DNA of 64,000 bases from Cenarchaeum sp. GTDB taxonomy: Archaea; Thermoproteota; Nitrososphaeria; Nitrososphaerales; Nitrosopumilaceae. The translations under genes were made by a program, and so were the position numbers. Location: positions 480,001 through 544,000 of the forward strand of contig OY843584.1 of assembly GCA_963692915.1 (NCBI GenBank), read 5' to 3'. The notes beneath the pieces are model-generated. The model did not search any database, was not told the origin of the DNA, and saw nothing but the letters and a program-made list of their open reading frames with translations. Positions 48,664 to 58,796 of the stretch are shown one piece after another (the stretch's first letter is position 1; each line of letters begins with the position of its first letter).

Positions 48664-51117
48664 ATGTGTGTCGCTGTGCTGACCTTGGCTGTGTGCGCAG
48701 GCAATGCGCACGGCGCGCCGGCCACGTTCGTTGATGGCGTGACGTATGTCCAGTATTCTGATGATGCCGTCGCGCTAGCCGACGTGCACGCAGGCAGGCT
48801 TGATGCGCACTATGCGGGCCTGTCACCGGAGCTTCTCGACACGACTCTGCGTGAGGGGGTTCGAGTTTACGAGTCAAGCAGCGGCTCGTACAGCCTGCTA
48901 GTCAATCCCGCCGTCGGCGATCGCCTGAACCCGTTCTCCGATCGCGCGGCGCGCCAGGCGCTCAACCACATCGTCGATCGCGCGCTAATCGTCAATGAGC
49001 TGCTCGGCGGACATGGGACGCCAATGTCATCTGCATACGCCCCGCATGATCCTGACTATGCGGCCCTTGCAGCTGCGGGCGCACCCGAGTTTTCATATGA
49101 TCCCGAGCTTGCCCTGGACATGCTCTCCGAGTCGCTTCGGCGCGCCGGCGCCGAGAGGGGCGAGGATTACTGGACACATGACGGTGAGCCCGTGCGCATT
49201 ACCGTGTTTATCCGTGGGGATGACCTCGTGCGCAAGTCAATAGGCGAGCTGCTCTCCCTGGAGCTTGAGCGTGCCGGAATCGAGGTAGAGCGCGAGTACG
49301 GCGACCTCAGCAAGGCGTTTGCCGTCGTGTACGGCTCTGATCCTGCCGATCTGCGGTGGGGCGTCTACACAGAGGGGTGGGGGGGCAAGTCGGCGTTTGT
49401 CAGGTATGACCCGGTCACGCTGGCCCAGATGTATGCGCCCTGGTTCTCCTCGATGCCGGGGTTTAACGATCCGATTTACTGGAACTATCGCAACGCGACA
49501 ATAGACGAGCTGACACGCAACATTTATGCCGGCAAGTTTGCCGACTCAAACGAGCGCAATGGCATGGTTCGGCGTGCCGCGCAGATGGGCGTTGAGGAGG
49601 CCGTACGCGTGTTTCTTGCGGCGCGTGATGACCTATATGCCGTCGGCGATCGTGTTGAGGGAATCGTCAACGACTTTGGTGCCGGTGTCCCGTCGAGGTT
49701 TAGCGCAATAAATGCGCAGACGCCGTCTGGACACATGCGCATAGGCGTCGAGCAGGTGTACCAGGGGGCGTGGAATCCGGTAATGGGGTTTAGCGACACG
49801 TACAGCTCGAGGGTATGGTCAACGCTGTCGGATCCTGCCGTGTTTCGCAACCCGTACAGCGGATCGCCAATGCCGGTCCGTGCCACGTGGAACGTGGAGA
49901 CGGAAGGTTCGGACGGAAAGATTGACGTGCCTCCGTCTGCGGTGCTCTGGGACACAGAGTCGCAGTCGTGGGCTGGTGCGGCAAAAGGCGCAACTGCGTC
50001 TAGCGCCGTGACGTTTGAGCTAAAGATGTCGCGCTGGCACAACGGTGAGATGATGGACATGCGCGATGTCATGCACGCCGTCTATTTTGCCCTAGAGTGG
50101 GGCTCAGAGGCCACGCCGGCTGACACGACGTATGACGCCGAGTACACCTCGCGTGCAGCACAGCTGGTATCAACGCTTCAGGGCGTCGAGCCGCTTGACG
50201 GCAACACCGTGCGCGTGTACGTGGACTATTGGCACTTTGATGAGGCCGAGATCGCCAACTGGGCCTCTGTCTGGGCCCAGGTTCCCTGGGATGTCCTTGC
50301 GGGAATGGAGCGTGCAGTGTCCTCTGGTGAGGCGTCCTTTTCGCGCTCGGGAGTTGGCGCCTCTGGCGTGCCGTGGCTCTCCCTTGCGATACCGGCTGAC
50401 ACTGCCATAGTTGCCCGGCATATCTCCGAGATGGACACCTCTGGCCATGTCCCCGGTGCGCTCGCGCAGCTCGGCGCAGATGCCGATTATGCGCGCTCTA
50501 GGTACGGCGCCACGCTGGACTGGATTGAGGAGCACGACCATGCGGTGATATCCAATGGGCCATACGAGCTTGTGGCGTACACCCCCGAGTCGCGCACAAT
50601 AGAGACAGCTGCCACACGTGACCCCTCGTACCCGTTTGCGCGCGGCCACTGGACGTGGCTTGGCGACGTCGAGCTTCCGGCCATATCGCACGTTGGCCTT
50701 CCGCTAGCAGCAGACGCCGGACTCCGGCTGGATGTCCCCGTTGAGGTTGATGCCGCATCTGAGATTGCGTATCTCGTCTCGGCTCACGGCGAGGCACCAC
50801 TTCTGTCCGGGAGGCTTGACGCAAGTGACGGCTCGGCGACAGTCTCACTCTCTGCTGAGGAGACTGCAGGCCTTGGGCATGGAGCGCACACGCTGCGCCT
50901 GTTTGCCGTCTCGGAGACCGTGCTGCGCCCTGACACGTATTCGGCGGGATTCATGGTAGTCGAGCAGGGCTCATCACTCCCAGACGTGGATCTTGCCACT
51001 GCGACAGGCACTGCGCAGGCCGGAGACGAGGCGCCAACACTGGCCGTGGCGCTTGCAGTCGCAGTGGTTGTGGGCGTTGTGGCCGCATGGCGAATTCGCG
51101 CCTCGCGCCCACCCTGA
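48664..51117 (+). CDS. Peptide/nickel ABC transporter substrate-binding protein (family 5) with C-terminal membrane anchor
   Basis: Signal peptide, NPF....RQALN..VDR, YTEGWG, WNPV.G..D.YS, WHNG, ISNGPY, C-terminal TM plus basic tail. Confidence 0.85.
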   Translation: MCVAVLTLAVCAGNAHGAPATFVDGVTYVQYSDDAVALADVHAGRLDAHYAGLSPELLDTTLREGVRVYESSSGSYSLLVNPAVGDRLNPFSDRAARQALNHIVDRALIVNELLGGHGTPMSSAYAPHDPDYAALAAAGAPEFSYDPELALDMLSESLRRAGAERGEDYWTHDGEPVRITVFIRGDDLVRKSIGELLSLELERAGIEVEREYGDLSKAFAVVYGSDPADLRWGVYTEGWGGKSAFVRYDPVTLAQMYAPWFSSMPGFNDPIYWNYRNATIDELTRNIYAGKFADSNERNGMVRRAAQMGVEEAVRVFLAARDDLYAVGDRVEGIVNDFGAGVPSRFSAINAQTPSGHMRIGVEQVYQGAWNPVMGFSDTYSSRVWSTLSDPAVFRNPYSGSPMPVRATWNVETEGSDGKIDVPPSAVLWDTESQSWAGAAKGATASSAVTFELKMSRWHNGEMMDMRDVMHAVYFALEWGSEATPADTTYDAEYTSRAAQLVSTLQGVEPLDGNTVRVYVDYWHFDEAEIANWASVWAQVPWDVLAGMERAVSSGEASFSRSGVGASGVPWLSLAIPADTAIVARHISEMDTSGHVPGALAQLGADADYARSRYGATLDWIEEHDHAVISNGPYELVAYTPESRTIETAATRDPSYPFARGHWTWLGDVELPAISHVGLPLAADAGLRLDVPVEVDAASEIAYLVSAHGEAPLLSGRLDASDGSATVSLSAEETAGLGHGAHTLRLFAVSETVLRPDTYSAGFMVVEQGSSLPDVDLATATGTAQAGDEAPTLAVALAVAVVVGVVAAWRIRASRPP

Positions 51118-51132
51118 CACGCATGACATGTG

Positions 51133-51822
51133 TCATGTGGGCATGACGCCAGTAACAAACAGCGTGCCGGCCTCACGGCGCCACCTCTTTGGGCTTGATG
51201 CGTCCTTTACCGTTCGCGTTCTAGTGCTCAGGCCGGCACGACGGAATGCCGCTGCCCACTCTGAGCGTGACAGCAGGTGCATCGTTATTCCCATCTCGCG
51301 TGCCCACCAGCGTGTTGCGTGGTTCTCGGCATAAAAGTCAGTTCCGCATATGAGCGTCGCGCCGGGCGCCATGAGGCGCACAGTTGCGTCGATCGCCTCA
51401 TCAACAGAGTCCGCATAGTATAGCGACTCCATGGAGAACACAATGTCAAACCTCCCGCGATACTTCCAGGACTCGATGTCCGTGGAGACATAGCGTTCGG
51501 TGCGACGCTCGGCTAGGCGCCTGGCCTCGCGAATCATGCCCGGACTCTTGTCAATTCCCACGGCTGCCCTGCAGAGGGGGTTTTGGGCCATGCGCCTCAC
51601 GAGCCAGCCGTTGCCGCACCCCACGTCAAGAAACCGAAACGGCCCTGTGGGGCGCACCGTGGCAAGGCGCACCTTGACGGCCTTGCCGTGCTCGCGCTCC
51701 ATCTTTTCAGCCCTGCCGTTGGTGGCCCACATGTCAAACGTCTTCTTTACGCTGCCGGCAGCCACTGCGTGGCGTCCTCCCAGCCCACTGCACTCACCAG
51801 AGATCCCCCTCTCCATCTCCAC
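51133..51822 (-). CDS. Class I SAM-dependent methyltransferase
   Basis: FLDVGCGNGW, GIDKSPGMI, FD.VFSMESLYY. True start may be about 51765. Confidence 0.88.
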   Translation of the reverse strand: MEMERGISGECSGLGGRHAVAAGSVKKTFDMWATNGRAEKMEREHGKAVKVRLATVRPTGPFRFLDVGCGNGWLVRRMAQNPLCRAAVGIDKSPGMIREARRLAERRTERYVSTDIESWKYRGRFDIVFSMESLYYADSVDEAIDATVRLMAPGATLICGTDFYAENHATRWWAREMGITMHLLSRSEWAAAFRRAGLSTRTRTVKDASSPKRWRREAGTLFVTGVMPT

Positions 51823-51863
51823 GCGCAGGTGTGGACTAGGGTTTTATACCCACTTTCTGGCAC

Positions 51864-53123
51864 TTGTGCGCGTTGGCTGCACGCGGGTACAAGGTTCGCA
51901 ATATTGGGCTCGCCTCGCGCGGACGCCTCTCCTACGAGTGGGCGCGCGACCACATGGTCATACTCAACAACACTATGGCACGCCTGCGACGCACAAGGCC
52001 ACTGCGCGGCGTGACTGTGGGATTCTGCCTTCACATCACAAAGGAGACTGCGGTTCTCCTTCTTGCGGCCCGCGAGCTTGGCGCCACCGTTGCCGCATGC
52101 GCGGGCAACCCAATGTCCACACAGGACGACATTGCGGCGTTCCTGGCCAAGAGCGGCATCCACATGTACGCGTGGACAAACCAGACGCAAAAAGAGTATG
52201 ACTCGTGCATAGCGAGCGTGCTGTCGCACAAGCCGTCCATTCTAGTAGATGACGGGGCTGACATGAACGTCATGGCCCACTTTGATCGCCGTTTTGCAGA
52301 CCTTGGAATACTTGGGGCCACCGAGGAGACGACTGCCGGAGTCTCGCGCATTCGCGCAGTTGAAAAGGCAGGCCGCCTGCGCTATCCGGTGATAATAGTA
52401 AATGATGCGCACACAAAGCACCTATTTGACAATAGGCACGGAACTGGCCAGTCAACAGTAGACGCGCTCCTCCGCTCGGCCAACCTCCTTGTGGCATCAA
52501 AGCTCGTCGTCGTGGCCGGATACGGGTGGGTCGGCCGCGGCGTTGCGGCGCGCTGCCGCGGCCTGGGCGCGCGCGTCATTGTCACGGAGACGGATCCCGT
52601 AAGGGCACTCGAGGCTCACATGGACGGCTACGAGGTGACGAGGATGGCAGATGCCGCTCGCAGGGGCGAGATCTTTGTCACGTGCACCGGACAGACTGGA
52701 ATTATAACAAAAAAGCACATAGTGACGATGCGCGATGGTGCCATACTCGCAAACGTTGGCCACTTTGACGTCGAGATTGACACAAAGTTCCTCCTTCGCC
52801 CACAACACAAGGTTAGGGAGGTCAGGCCTGGCCTTGACGAGTGCACGATAGGCGCCAAACGGCGCATCTACCTTGTGGGCAAGGGCCGGCTCGCAAACCT
52901 CGTTGCCGCCGAGGGCCACCCGCCTGAGGTCATGGCCCAGTCGTTCTCAAACCAGCTCCTCTCGATACTCCACATACTGAAAAACCACGAGTCAATGGAG
53001 CGCACGCTCCATCGCGTTCCCGAGGAGATTGACGTGCAAGTCGCGCGTGATGCGCTTGCGGCCATGGGCGTAAAGATAGACAACCTGACGCGCGAGCAGT
53101 CAAACTACGCAAACTCGTGGTGA
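51864..53123 (+). CDS. ahcY: S-adenosylhomocysteine hydrolase
   Basis: CLHITKET, VDDGAD, TEETT, KHLFDN, GYGWVGRG, NVGHFD, GHPPEVM, C-terminal LTREQ..Y..SW. Confidence 0.93.
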   Translation: MCALAARGYKVRNIGLASRGRLSYEWARDHMVILNNTMARLRRTRPLRGVTVGFCLHITKETAVLLLAARELGATVAACAGNPMSTQDDIAAFLAKSGIHMYAWTNQTQKEYDSCIASVLSHKPSILVDDGADMNVMAHFDRRFADLGILGATEETTAGVSRIRAVEKAGRLRYPVIIVNDAHTKHLFDNRHGTGQSTVDALLRSANLLVASKLVVVAGYGWVGRGVAARCRGLGARVIVTETDPVRALEAHMDGYEVTRMADAARRGEIFVTCTGQTGIITKKHIVTMRDGAILANVGHFDVEIDTKFLLRPQHKVREVRPGLDECTIGAKRRIYLVGKGRLANLVAAEGHPPEVMAQSFSNQLLSILHILKNHESMERTLHRVPEEIDVQVARDALAAMGVKIDNLTREQSNYANSW

Positions 53124-54379
53124 CCGTGGCGCGTGCGGCCGCCTCGCACATTCGCGACGCGCGCATGGGGAGGCGTGGACGAGTTTTGCACGAGTGGGCA
53201 GCATCACGGATGGGTGCGCTGCGCTGCGCGTCAGGCTCGTTTGCGCGATCCATGCCGCTTGACGGCCTGACAGTCGCATTCTGCCTGCAGCTGACCGCCG
53301 AGACGTCTGTTCTCGTGAGCGAGGCGATGCGCCTGGGCGCGCACGTCGTGGCATGTGCGGGCAATCCGCACACCACAGATGACGCAATTGCCGCACACCT
53401 TGTCTCAGAGGGCGCAACTGTCCATGCATGGGCGGGCCAGAGCGCACGCGAATTTCGCGTGTGCATTGCGCGCACTATGGCCTCGTCTCCGGACATTGTC
53501 GTCGATGACGGTGGTGAGCTCTCTGCTCTTGCGCACATGCCGGGGCGCGCTCCGCCGAAAATGCTCGGCGGGACAGAAGAGACGACCACGGGCGTGCGCA
53601 GGATGCGCGCGCTCTTGCGCGCACGCCGGCTCCATTACCCGATAATCGCAGTCAATGACTCTCGCACAAAGTCCACCTTTGACAACGCACATGGGACGGG
53701 ACAGTCAGCAGTTGATGCGCTCATGCGCTCATGCGGCCTCCTCTTTGCGCAAAAAACCATAGTGGTTGCCGGATATGGCCCTGTTGGCCGCGGCGTTGCG
53801 GCGCGCTGCTCCGGCCTGGGCGCACGCGTTATAGTCACAGAGACTGACGTGCTTCGCGCACTCGAGGCACACCTTGATGGCCACGAGGTCACAAGGATGG
53901 TCGATGCGGCGCGCAAGGGGGACATGTTTGTCACGTGCACCGGACAGCGTGGGGTCATCACCGCACGCCACGTCTCGCTCATGCGCGACGGCGCAGTCCT
54001 CGCAAACGTTGGGCACTTTGACGTGGAGATTGATGTTGCGGCATTGCGTGCTGCTGCGCTGAGAACTAGGCGACCTAGGCCACACGTCGAGGAGCTCACA
54101 ATGCGCAACGGCCGCCGCGTCAACATTGTGGCCGGCGGATATGTCGCAAACCTCGTTGCCGCCGAGGGCCACCCGCCTGAGATAATGGACATCTCCTTTG
54201 CAAACCAGCTCCGCTGCATCGCGCACCTTGCTCTGCACTCGGGCTCGATGGCGCCCGGCCTGCACGCAGTTCCTGCCGAGATTGACTCTCGCGTGGCCAT
54301 GGACGCACTCGATGCCGCAGGCGTGCGCATGGACACTCGTGCGCACGGTGGGGCTGAAGCTTTTAAGCGCGCTACGTGA
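53120..54379 (+). CDS. Divergent adenosylhomocysteinase paralogue (catalytic His changed to Gln)
   Basis: Full-length alignment to the upstream AhcY by eye. CLQLTAET replaces CLHITKET and the conserved C-terminal tail is absent. GTG start overlaps the ahcY stop (GTGA). Confidence 0.8.
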   Translation: MTVARAAASHIRDARMGRRGRVLHEWAASRMGALRCASGSFARSMPLDGLTVAFCLQLTAETSVLVSEAMRLGAHVVACAGNPHTTDDAIAAHLVSEGATVHAWAGQSAREFRVCIARTMASSPDIVVDDGGELSALAHMPGRAPPKMLGGTEETTTGVRRMRALLRARRLHYPIIAVNDSRTKSTFDNAHGTGQSAVDALMRSCGLLFAQKTIVVAGYGPVGRGVAARCSGLGARVIVTETDVLRALEAHLDGHEVTRMVDAARKGDMFVTCTGQRGVITARHVSLMRDGAVLANVGHFDVEIDVAALRAAALRTRRPRPHVEELTMRNGRRVNIVAGGYVANLVAAEGHPPEIMDISFANQLRCIAHLALHSGSMAPGLHAVPAEIDSRVAMDALDAAGVRMDTRAHGGAEAFKRAT

Positions 54380-54389
54380 CGGGCAGACC

Positions 54390-56048
54390 ATGGCAGATAG
54401 GGCCATACTCACAAGCGCTCTGCCGTATGCCAACGGCGAGATACACCTTGGCCATATAGCCTCGACGTACCTGCCGGCTGACGTTACAACACGACATCTG
54501 CGGCAGCGCGGAGTCGAGGCATACTATGTGTGCGCGACTGATGACTATGGCACGCCAATACTGATCCAGTCCGAGCGCGAGGGCAAGACGCCGGCTGACT
54601 ATGTTGCAGAATGGAACGCGCGCGATGCGGCCGACTTTGCGTCCCTTGACATACGCTTTGATGCGTTCTCCTCAACGAGCAGCCCGTCATGCGCGGCGTT
54701 TGTGCGCGACGTCTATTCGCGGCTTCGCGAGGCCGGCCACATCTATGAAAAGGAGATCGTGCAGCTCTACTGTGACAAGGACTCGATGTTCCTGCCGGAT
54801 CGCTATGTCCATGGAACGTGCCCGCACTGCATGGCGCCAGACCAGTACTCTGACCTGTGCGAGTCGTGCGGCAAGGTTCCTGACAATATCCTTGACCCAA
54901 AGTGCTCTATCTGCGGCATGACGCCCCAAAAGCGCTCAACGACCCACCATTTCTTTGCGCTGAGCCACTTTGCTGACTCGCTGCGCGAATGGCTAGAGGG
55001 TGCTGACGGCCTGCAGCGCGACGTTCGAAAGTATGTCCTCGACTGGATATCGCAGGGTCTGTCTGACTGGGACATCACGCGCGACATATCATGGGGAGTG
55101 AGCATTCCGGGCGACGAAAAGCGCGTCTTTTACGGATGGTTTGACAACCACCTTGCGTACATATCGGCCACGCTCTCGGCCCTGGAGGAGCGTGGCATCG
55201 ACGGCAAGGAGTTCTGGAACTCGGCTGATCTCTACCACTTTATAGGAAAAGATATCGTGTACCACCACTTTCTCTTTCTGCCCGCAGTCCGGATGGGCAT
55301 TGGAGGCGAGTTCAAGCTTCCGGTTCACATGCCCGTTCGTGGACACCTCACGCTAGGCGGCAAAAAGATATCAAAGAGCCGCGGATGGTACATATCAATT
55401 CGGGACTTTTTGTCGAACTATCCGGCAGACTATCTGCGGTTCTACCTCCTCCTTGCGACTCCCTACTCGCAGGATGACCTCAACTTTGACTGGGACGACT
55501 TTGCGCTCCGCATAAACAAGGAGCTGGTCGGCAACATCGGCAACTTTGTCCACCGTACGCTCTCGTTTACGGGCAAGTCATTTGACGGGCGCGTGCCGCA
55601 GCCTGACTCCGAGTCTGAAGCAGACGTGTCTGCGCGCCGTCAGATCGAGGGGCTAGCTGCCAGGGTCGGCGAGCTTGTCAGTGCCGGCCACCTTGATCGC
55701 GCGCTCAAGGAGATACTGGCATTCTCTGCGCACTTTAACCAGTACTTTCAGCACTGTGAGCCCTGGAAGGGCGGTCCGGGCGCGCCGACCTGCCTGCATC
55801 TGTCGGCAAATGCGGTACGAAGCCTCGCCATTGCATTGTGCGCGTTCATGCCGTCCTCTGCGCAGCGCATGTGGGAGCAGCTCGGGGAGAAGGGCAGCGT
55901 TTCAGAACAGAAATGGGAATCAGCCTCCGAGATCTCCCTTGGTGCAGGACACGCGATAGGCACCCCCAGCGCGCTCTTTGCAAAGGTTGATGCCACCGAG
56001 ATTGATGGCCTAAAGGCATCTCTTGTAGGCAACGCACACCCTGCGTGA
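54390..56048 (+). CDS. metG: Methionyl-tRNA synthetase
   Basis: TSALPYANG..HLGH, TDDYGTP, Zn knuckles, WDITRD..WG, FIGKDI..HH, KISKS. Confidence 0.96.
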   Translation: MADRAILTSALPYANGEIHLGHIASTYLPADVTTRHLRQRGVEAYYVCATDDYGTPILIQSEREGKTPADYVAEWNARDAADFASLDIRFDAFSSTSSPSCAAFVRDVYSRLREAGHIYEKEIVQLYCDKDSMFLPDRYVHGTCPHCMAPDQYSDLCESCGKVPDNILDPKCSICGMTPQKRSTTHHFFALSHFADSLREWLEGADGLQRDVRKYVLDWISQGLSDWDITRDISWGVSIPGDEKRVFYGWFDNHLAYISATLSALEERGIDGKEFWNSADLYHFIGKDIVYHHFLFLPAVRMGIGGEFKLPVHMPVRGHLTLGGKKISKSRGWYISIRDFLSNYPADYLRFYLLLATPYSQDDLNFDWDDFALRINKELVGNIGNFVHRTLSFTGKSFDGRVPQPDSESEADVSARRQIEGLAARVGELVSAGHLDRALKEILAFSAHFNQYFQHCEPWKGGPGAPTCLHLSANAVRSLAIALCAFMPSSAQRMWEQLGEKGSVSEQKWESASEISLGAGHAIGTPSALFAKVDATEIDGLKASLVGNAHPA

Positions 56049-56327
56049 GGAGCCGCATATGTGGTGTGACTGTGCCATGTTGTGGCATGGCAGCCGTGGT
56101 TTTCAAGAACCCGTTTGTAAAGAATAACACAGTTGTCTTGTACACACATCGTGTGCCCATCTGCAGCCCATACGAGGTTTGAGCACTCAATGGGTTCAAT
56201 GCATGTGTCAGGTCGTCTGTGTGACGCACTTGACATATTGCCCAACTCACCTGTGTGTGGGCTGTATCTGGCGCATCATGCCTCATCACAAAGGTACATA
56301 AGCTGACTCTGGGGAACCGCGCGTGAC

Positions 56328-56798
56328 GTGATATCTCCAGGAGACGCGCTGCCTGACTTTGAGCTCGCCGATGCCGACGGCAACACATTCTCGTCAGCCG
56401 ACCTTGCGGGCAAGAAATGCGCGATCTATTTCTATCCAAAAGACTTTACGCCAGGCTGCACGACACAGGCCGACGAGTTTACGCGTGAGCACGCAAAATT
56501 CAAAAAGGCCGGCATAGTCATAGTGGGAATAAGCCCTGATGACGAAACGTCGCACAAGAAATTCTGCGCAAAGATGGGCATACCATACACGCTCCTTGCT
56601 GACACTGGCCACAAGGTCGCCGGCATGTTTGGCGTGTGGGGCAAGAAAAAGTTCATGGGGCGCGAGTACATGGGAGTCAACAGGACAACGTTCCTTGTTG
56701 GTGCCGATGGGGTGGTTCTTGACGTCCTCCAAAAGGTAAAGCCGGCTGGTCATGCAGAGCACGTCCTGGGTCTGTTTGCCGCCAAGCGCACACGTTAG
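56328..56798 (+). CDS. bcp: Peroxiredoxin (BCP/PrxQ)
   Basis: YFYPKDFTPGCTTQA, GISPD, SHKKF, RTTF, VKP.GHA. Confidence 0.92.
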   Translation: MISPGDALPDFELADADGNTFSSADLAGKKCAIYFYPKDFTPGCTTQADEFTREHAKFKKAGIVIVGISPDDETSHKKFCAKMGIPYTLLADTGHKVAGMFGVWGKKKFMGREYMGVNRTTFLVGADGVVLDVLQKVKPAGHAEHVLGLFAAKRTR

Positions 56799-56860
56799 CG
56801 ATCCACGATCGATCATGCCTGAGCGCAACAGCTCAAGTTTTATGTGCGCAAGCCGGCCTC

Positions 56861-57244
56861 TTGCGCGTGGACGACTTTGAGCGCGAGTATCCGGGGTTTG
56901 ACTGGAGGAACACGCCGGCGTATCGGCATCCTGGCGGCAAGGACTGTCCTTGCCCAAAGCACGAGTACATACGGGAGCAGATGCGGCACGCCGAGATGCT
57001 CAACGCGTCTGGCGAGCGCGGCGAGCGCGTCACGCTAAAGTTTTGCCCTGATCACCATGACGTCTACTTTAATGAGGTTATCCCGTCCATGCCATTCAAG
57101 TTTCGCATGCTCACAAAGATTGCGCTAAAGGTTGGGGCGATCAACGTCGTAAAGCTAGGGCACATGCAGTCAGACCTGTGCTTTTACTGCCGGTTTGGCT
57201 CTGGCGGCCACGGCAAAAAGAGCGAGCTCCCGCCAGTGTCCTGA
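56861..57244 (+). CDS. Hypothetical Cys/His-rich (possible Zn-binding) protein
   Basis: CPCPKH, FCPDH, CFYC. TATA-like TTTTATG about 20 bp upstream of the TTG start. Confidence 0.65.
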   Translation: MRVDDFEREYPGFDWRNTPAYRHPGGKDCPCPKHEYIREQMRHAEMLNASGERGERVTLKFCPDHHDVYFNEVIPSMPFKFRMLTKIALKVGAINVVKLGHMQSDLCFYCRFGSGGHGKKSELPPVS

Positions 57245-57347
57245 ACAGCCCGTCATCTGCGCTCCCTGCGCACATGCGAAACCCGTCAAGATTGAGGCGT
57301 GCGCGCGTTAGGCTTATACCGACGCGTGCGGTGGCCACGGCGTGGCA

Positions 57348-58796
57348 ATGGACAGTCTGGGCGACTTTGTCGACGCACTCGAGCGCGACGGCGAGCTGCG
57401 GCGCGTTAGCACCGAGGTGAGCACCGACCTTGAGATTGCCGAGATACTGCGACGCGTGACCTATGCGCACGGCCCGGCAGTGCTCTTTGAGAACGTTGCC
57501 GGAGGCGACATTCCGGTTCTTGGCAACGCGTTTGGCTCCATGCGCCGCTTGGAGATTGGACTCGGCACGGCTGACTTTGAGGGAATTGGCTCGCGCATTG
57601 CGGATCTTGCGCGCATGGAGGTGCCATCTGGCATGCTCGGCAAGATCAAAAAGCTTCCAGAGCTCTCGCGCATGGGAGACGCGTTTCCAAAGGAGGTAAA
57701 GTCAGGCCCTGTCACCGAGATCGCCGGCGAGGGCTCATTGGCAGGCCTGCCGATCCTAAAGACGTGGCCCCACGATGCGGGACACTTTGTCACGTTTGGC
57801 CTCGTCGCGACAAAGCACCCTGACACGGGCACGTACAATCTTGGAGTCTATAGGATGCAGGTAGTCGATGACACGCACGCAATAATGCACTGGCAGCGCC
57901 ACAAGCGCGGCGCACAGCACCACGAGGAGGCCGTCTCGCGCGGCCAGAGAACAGAGGCCGCAGTGATCATCGGCGCGGATCCCGCGACGGTGTTCTCTGC
58001 AGTGGCCCCTGTTCCTGAAGGCCTTGACAAGTACCTCTTTGCCGGAATTGTCCGCAAGTCCGGAATTCGAACCGTTCGCTGCAGGACAGTCGACATTAAC
58101 GTGCCGGCTACTGCCGAGATCGTCCTGGAGGGATATGTCGACTCTGCTGACATGCGCGATGAGGGTCCCTTTGGCGACCACACGGGCTATTATACGCCAG
58201 TTGGCCGCTATCCGACATTCACAATCACCGGAATGATGCGCCGCAAGCGGCCACTCTACCTTACGACCGTTGTGGGCAAGCCTGTCCTCGAGGACGCGTA
58301 CATTGGCAAGGCCATAGAGCGCTCATTCCTGCCGCTCCTGCGCATGATGCAGCCCGAGATAGTCGACTTTGCGATGCCACCGGCCGGATGGTTTCACGGA
58401 CTCGCCGTCGCCTCGATCAAAAAGCGCTACCCCGGCCAGGCCAAAAAGGTGATGATGGGACTCTGGGGCATGGGCCAGCTCTCTCTCACAAAGACCATAG
58501 TCGTCGTAGATGATGACATTGACGTCCATGACGTCAATGACGTCATGTGGGCAGTCACAACGCGCGCAGACCCAGCGCGTGACACGCTCATAGTGGACAA
58601 TGCGCCAACTGACACGTTGGATCCCGCCTCTCCGCGCCCAAACCACGGCTCAAAGATGGGCATTGACGCGACGACAAAGACTCGCGAGGAGGGGCACATG
58701 CGTGAGGAGCAGGTTCAAGTTGCCGTCGACGAGCAGACGCGCTCGCTTGTCGAGTCTAGATGGGCAGCCTATGGGCTCGGCACGACTGGCGCGTAA
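57348..58796 (+). CDS. UbiD-family decarboxylase (menaquinone futalosine pathway)
   Basis: GPAVLFEN, NLGVYRMQ, AEIVLEG, EGPFGDHTGYY, SIKKRYPGQ, VVDDDID, SKMGIDAT. Convergent with mqnC. Confidence 0.9.
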   Translation: MDSLGDFVDALERDGELRRVSTEVSTDLEIAEILRRVTYAHGPAVLFENVAGGDIPVLGNAFGSMRRLEIGLGTADFEGIGSRIADLARMEVPSGMLGKIKKLPELSRMGDAFPKEVKSGPVTEIAGEGSLAGLPILKTWPHDAGHFVTFGLVATKHPDTGTYNLGVYRMQVVDDTHAIMHWQRHKRGAQHHEEAVSRGQRTEAAVIIGADPATVFSAVAPVPEGLDKYLFAGIVRKSGIRTVRCRTVDINVPATAEIVLEGYVDSADMRDEGPFGDHTGYYTPVGRYPTFTITGMMRRKRPLYLTTVVGKPVLEDAYIGKAIERSFLPLLRMMQPEIVDFAMPPAGWFHGLAVASIKKRYPGQAKKVMMGLWGMGQLSLTKTIVVVDDDIDVHDVNDVMWAVTTRADPARDTLIVDNAPTDTLDPASPRPNHGSKMGIDATTKTREEGHMREEQVQVAVDEQTRSLVESRWAAYGLGTTGA

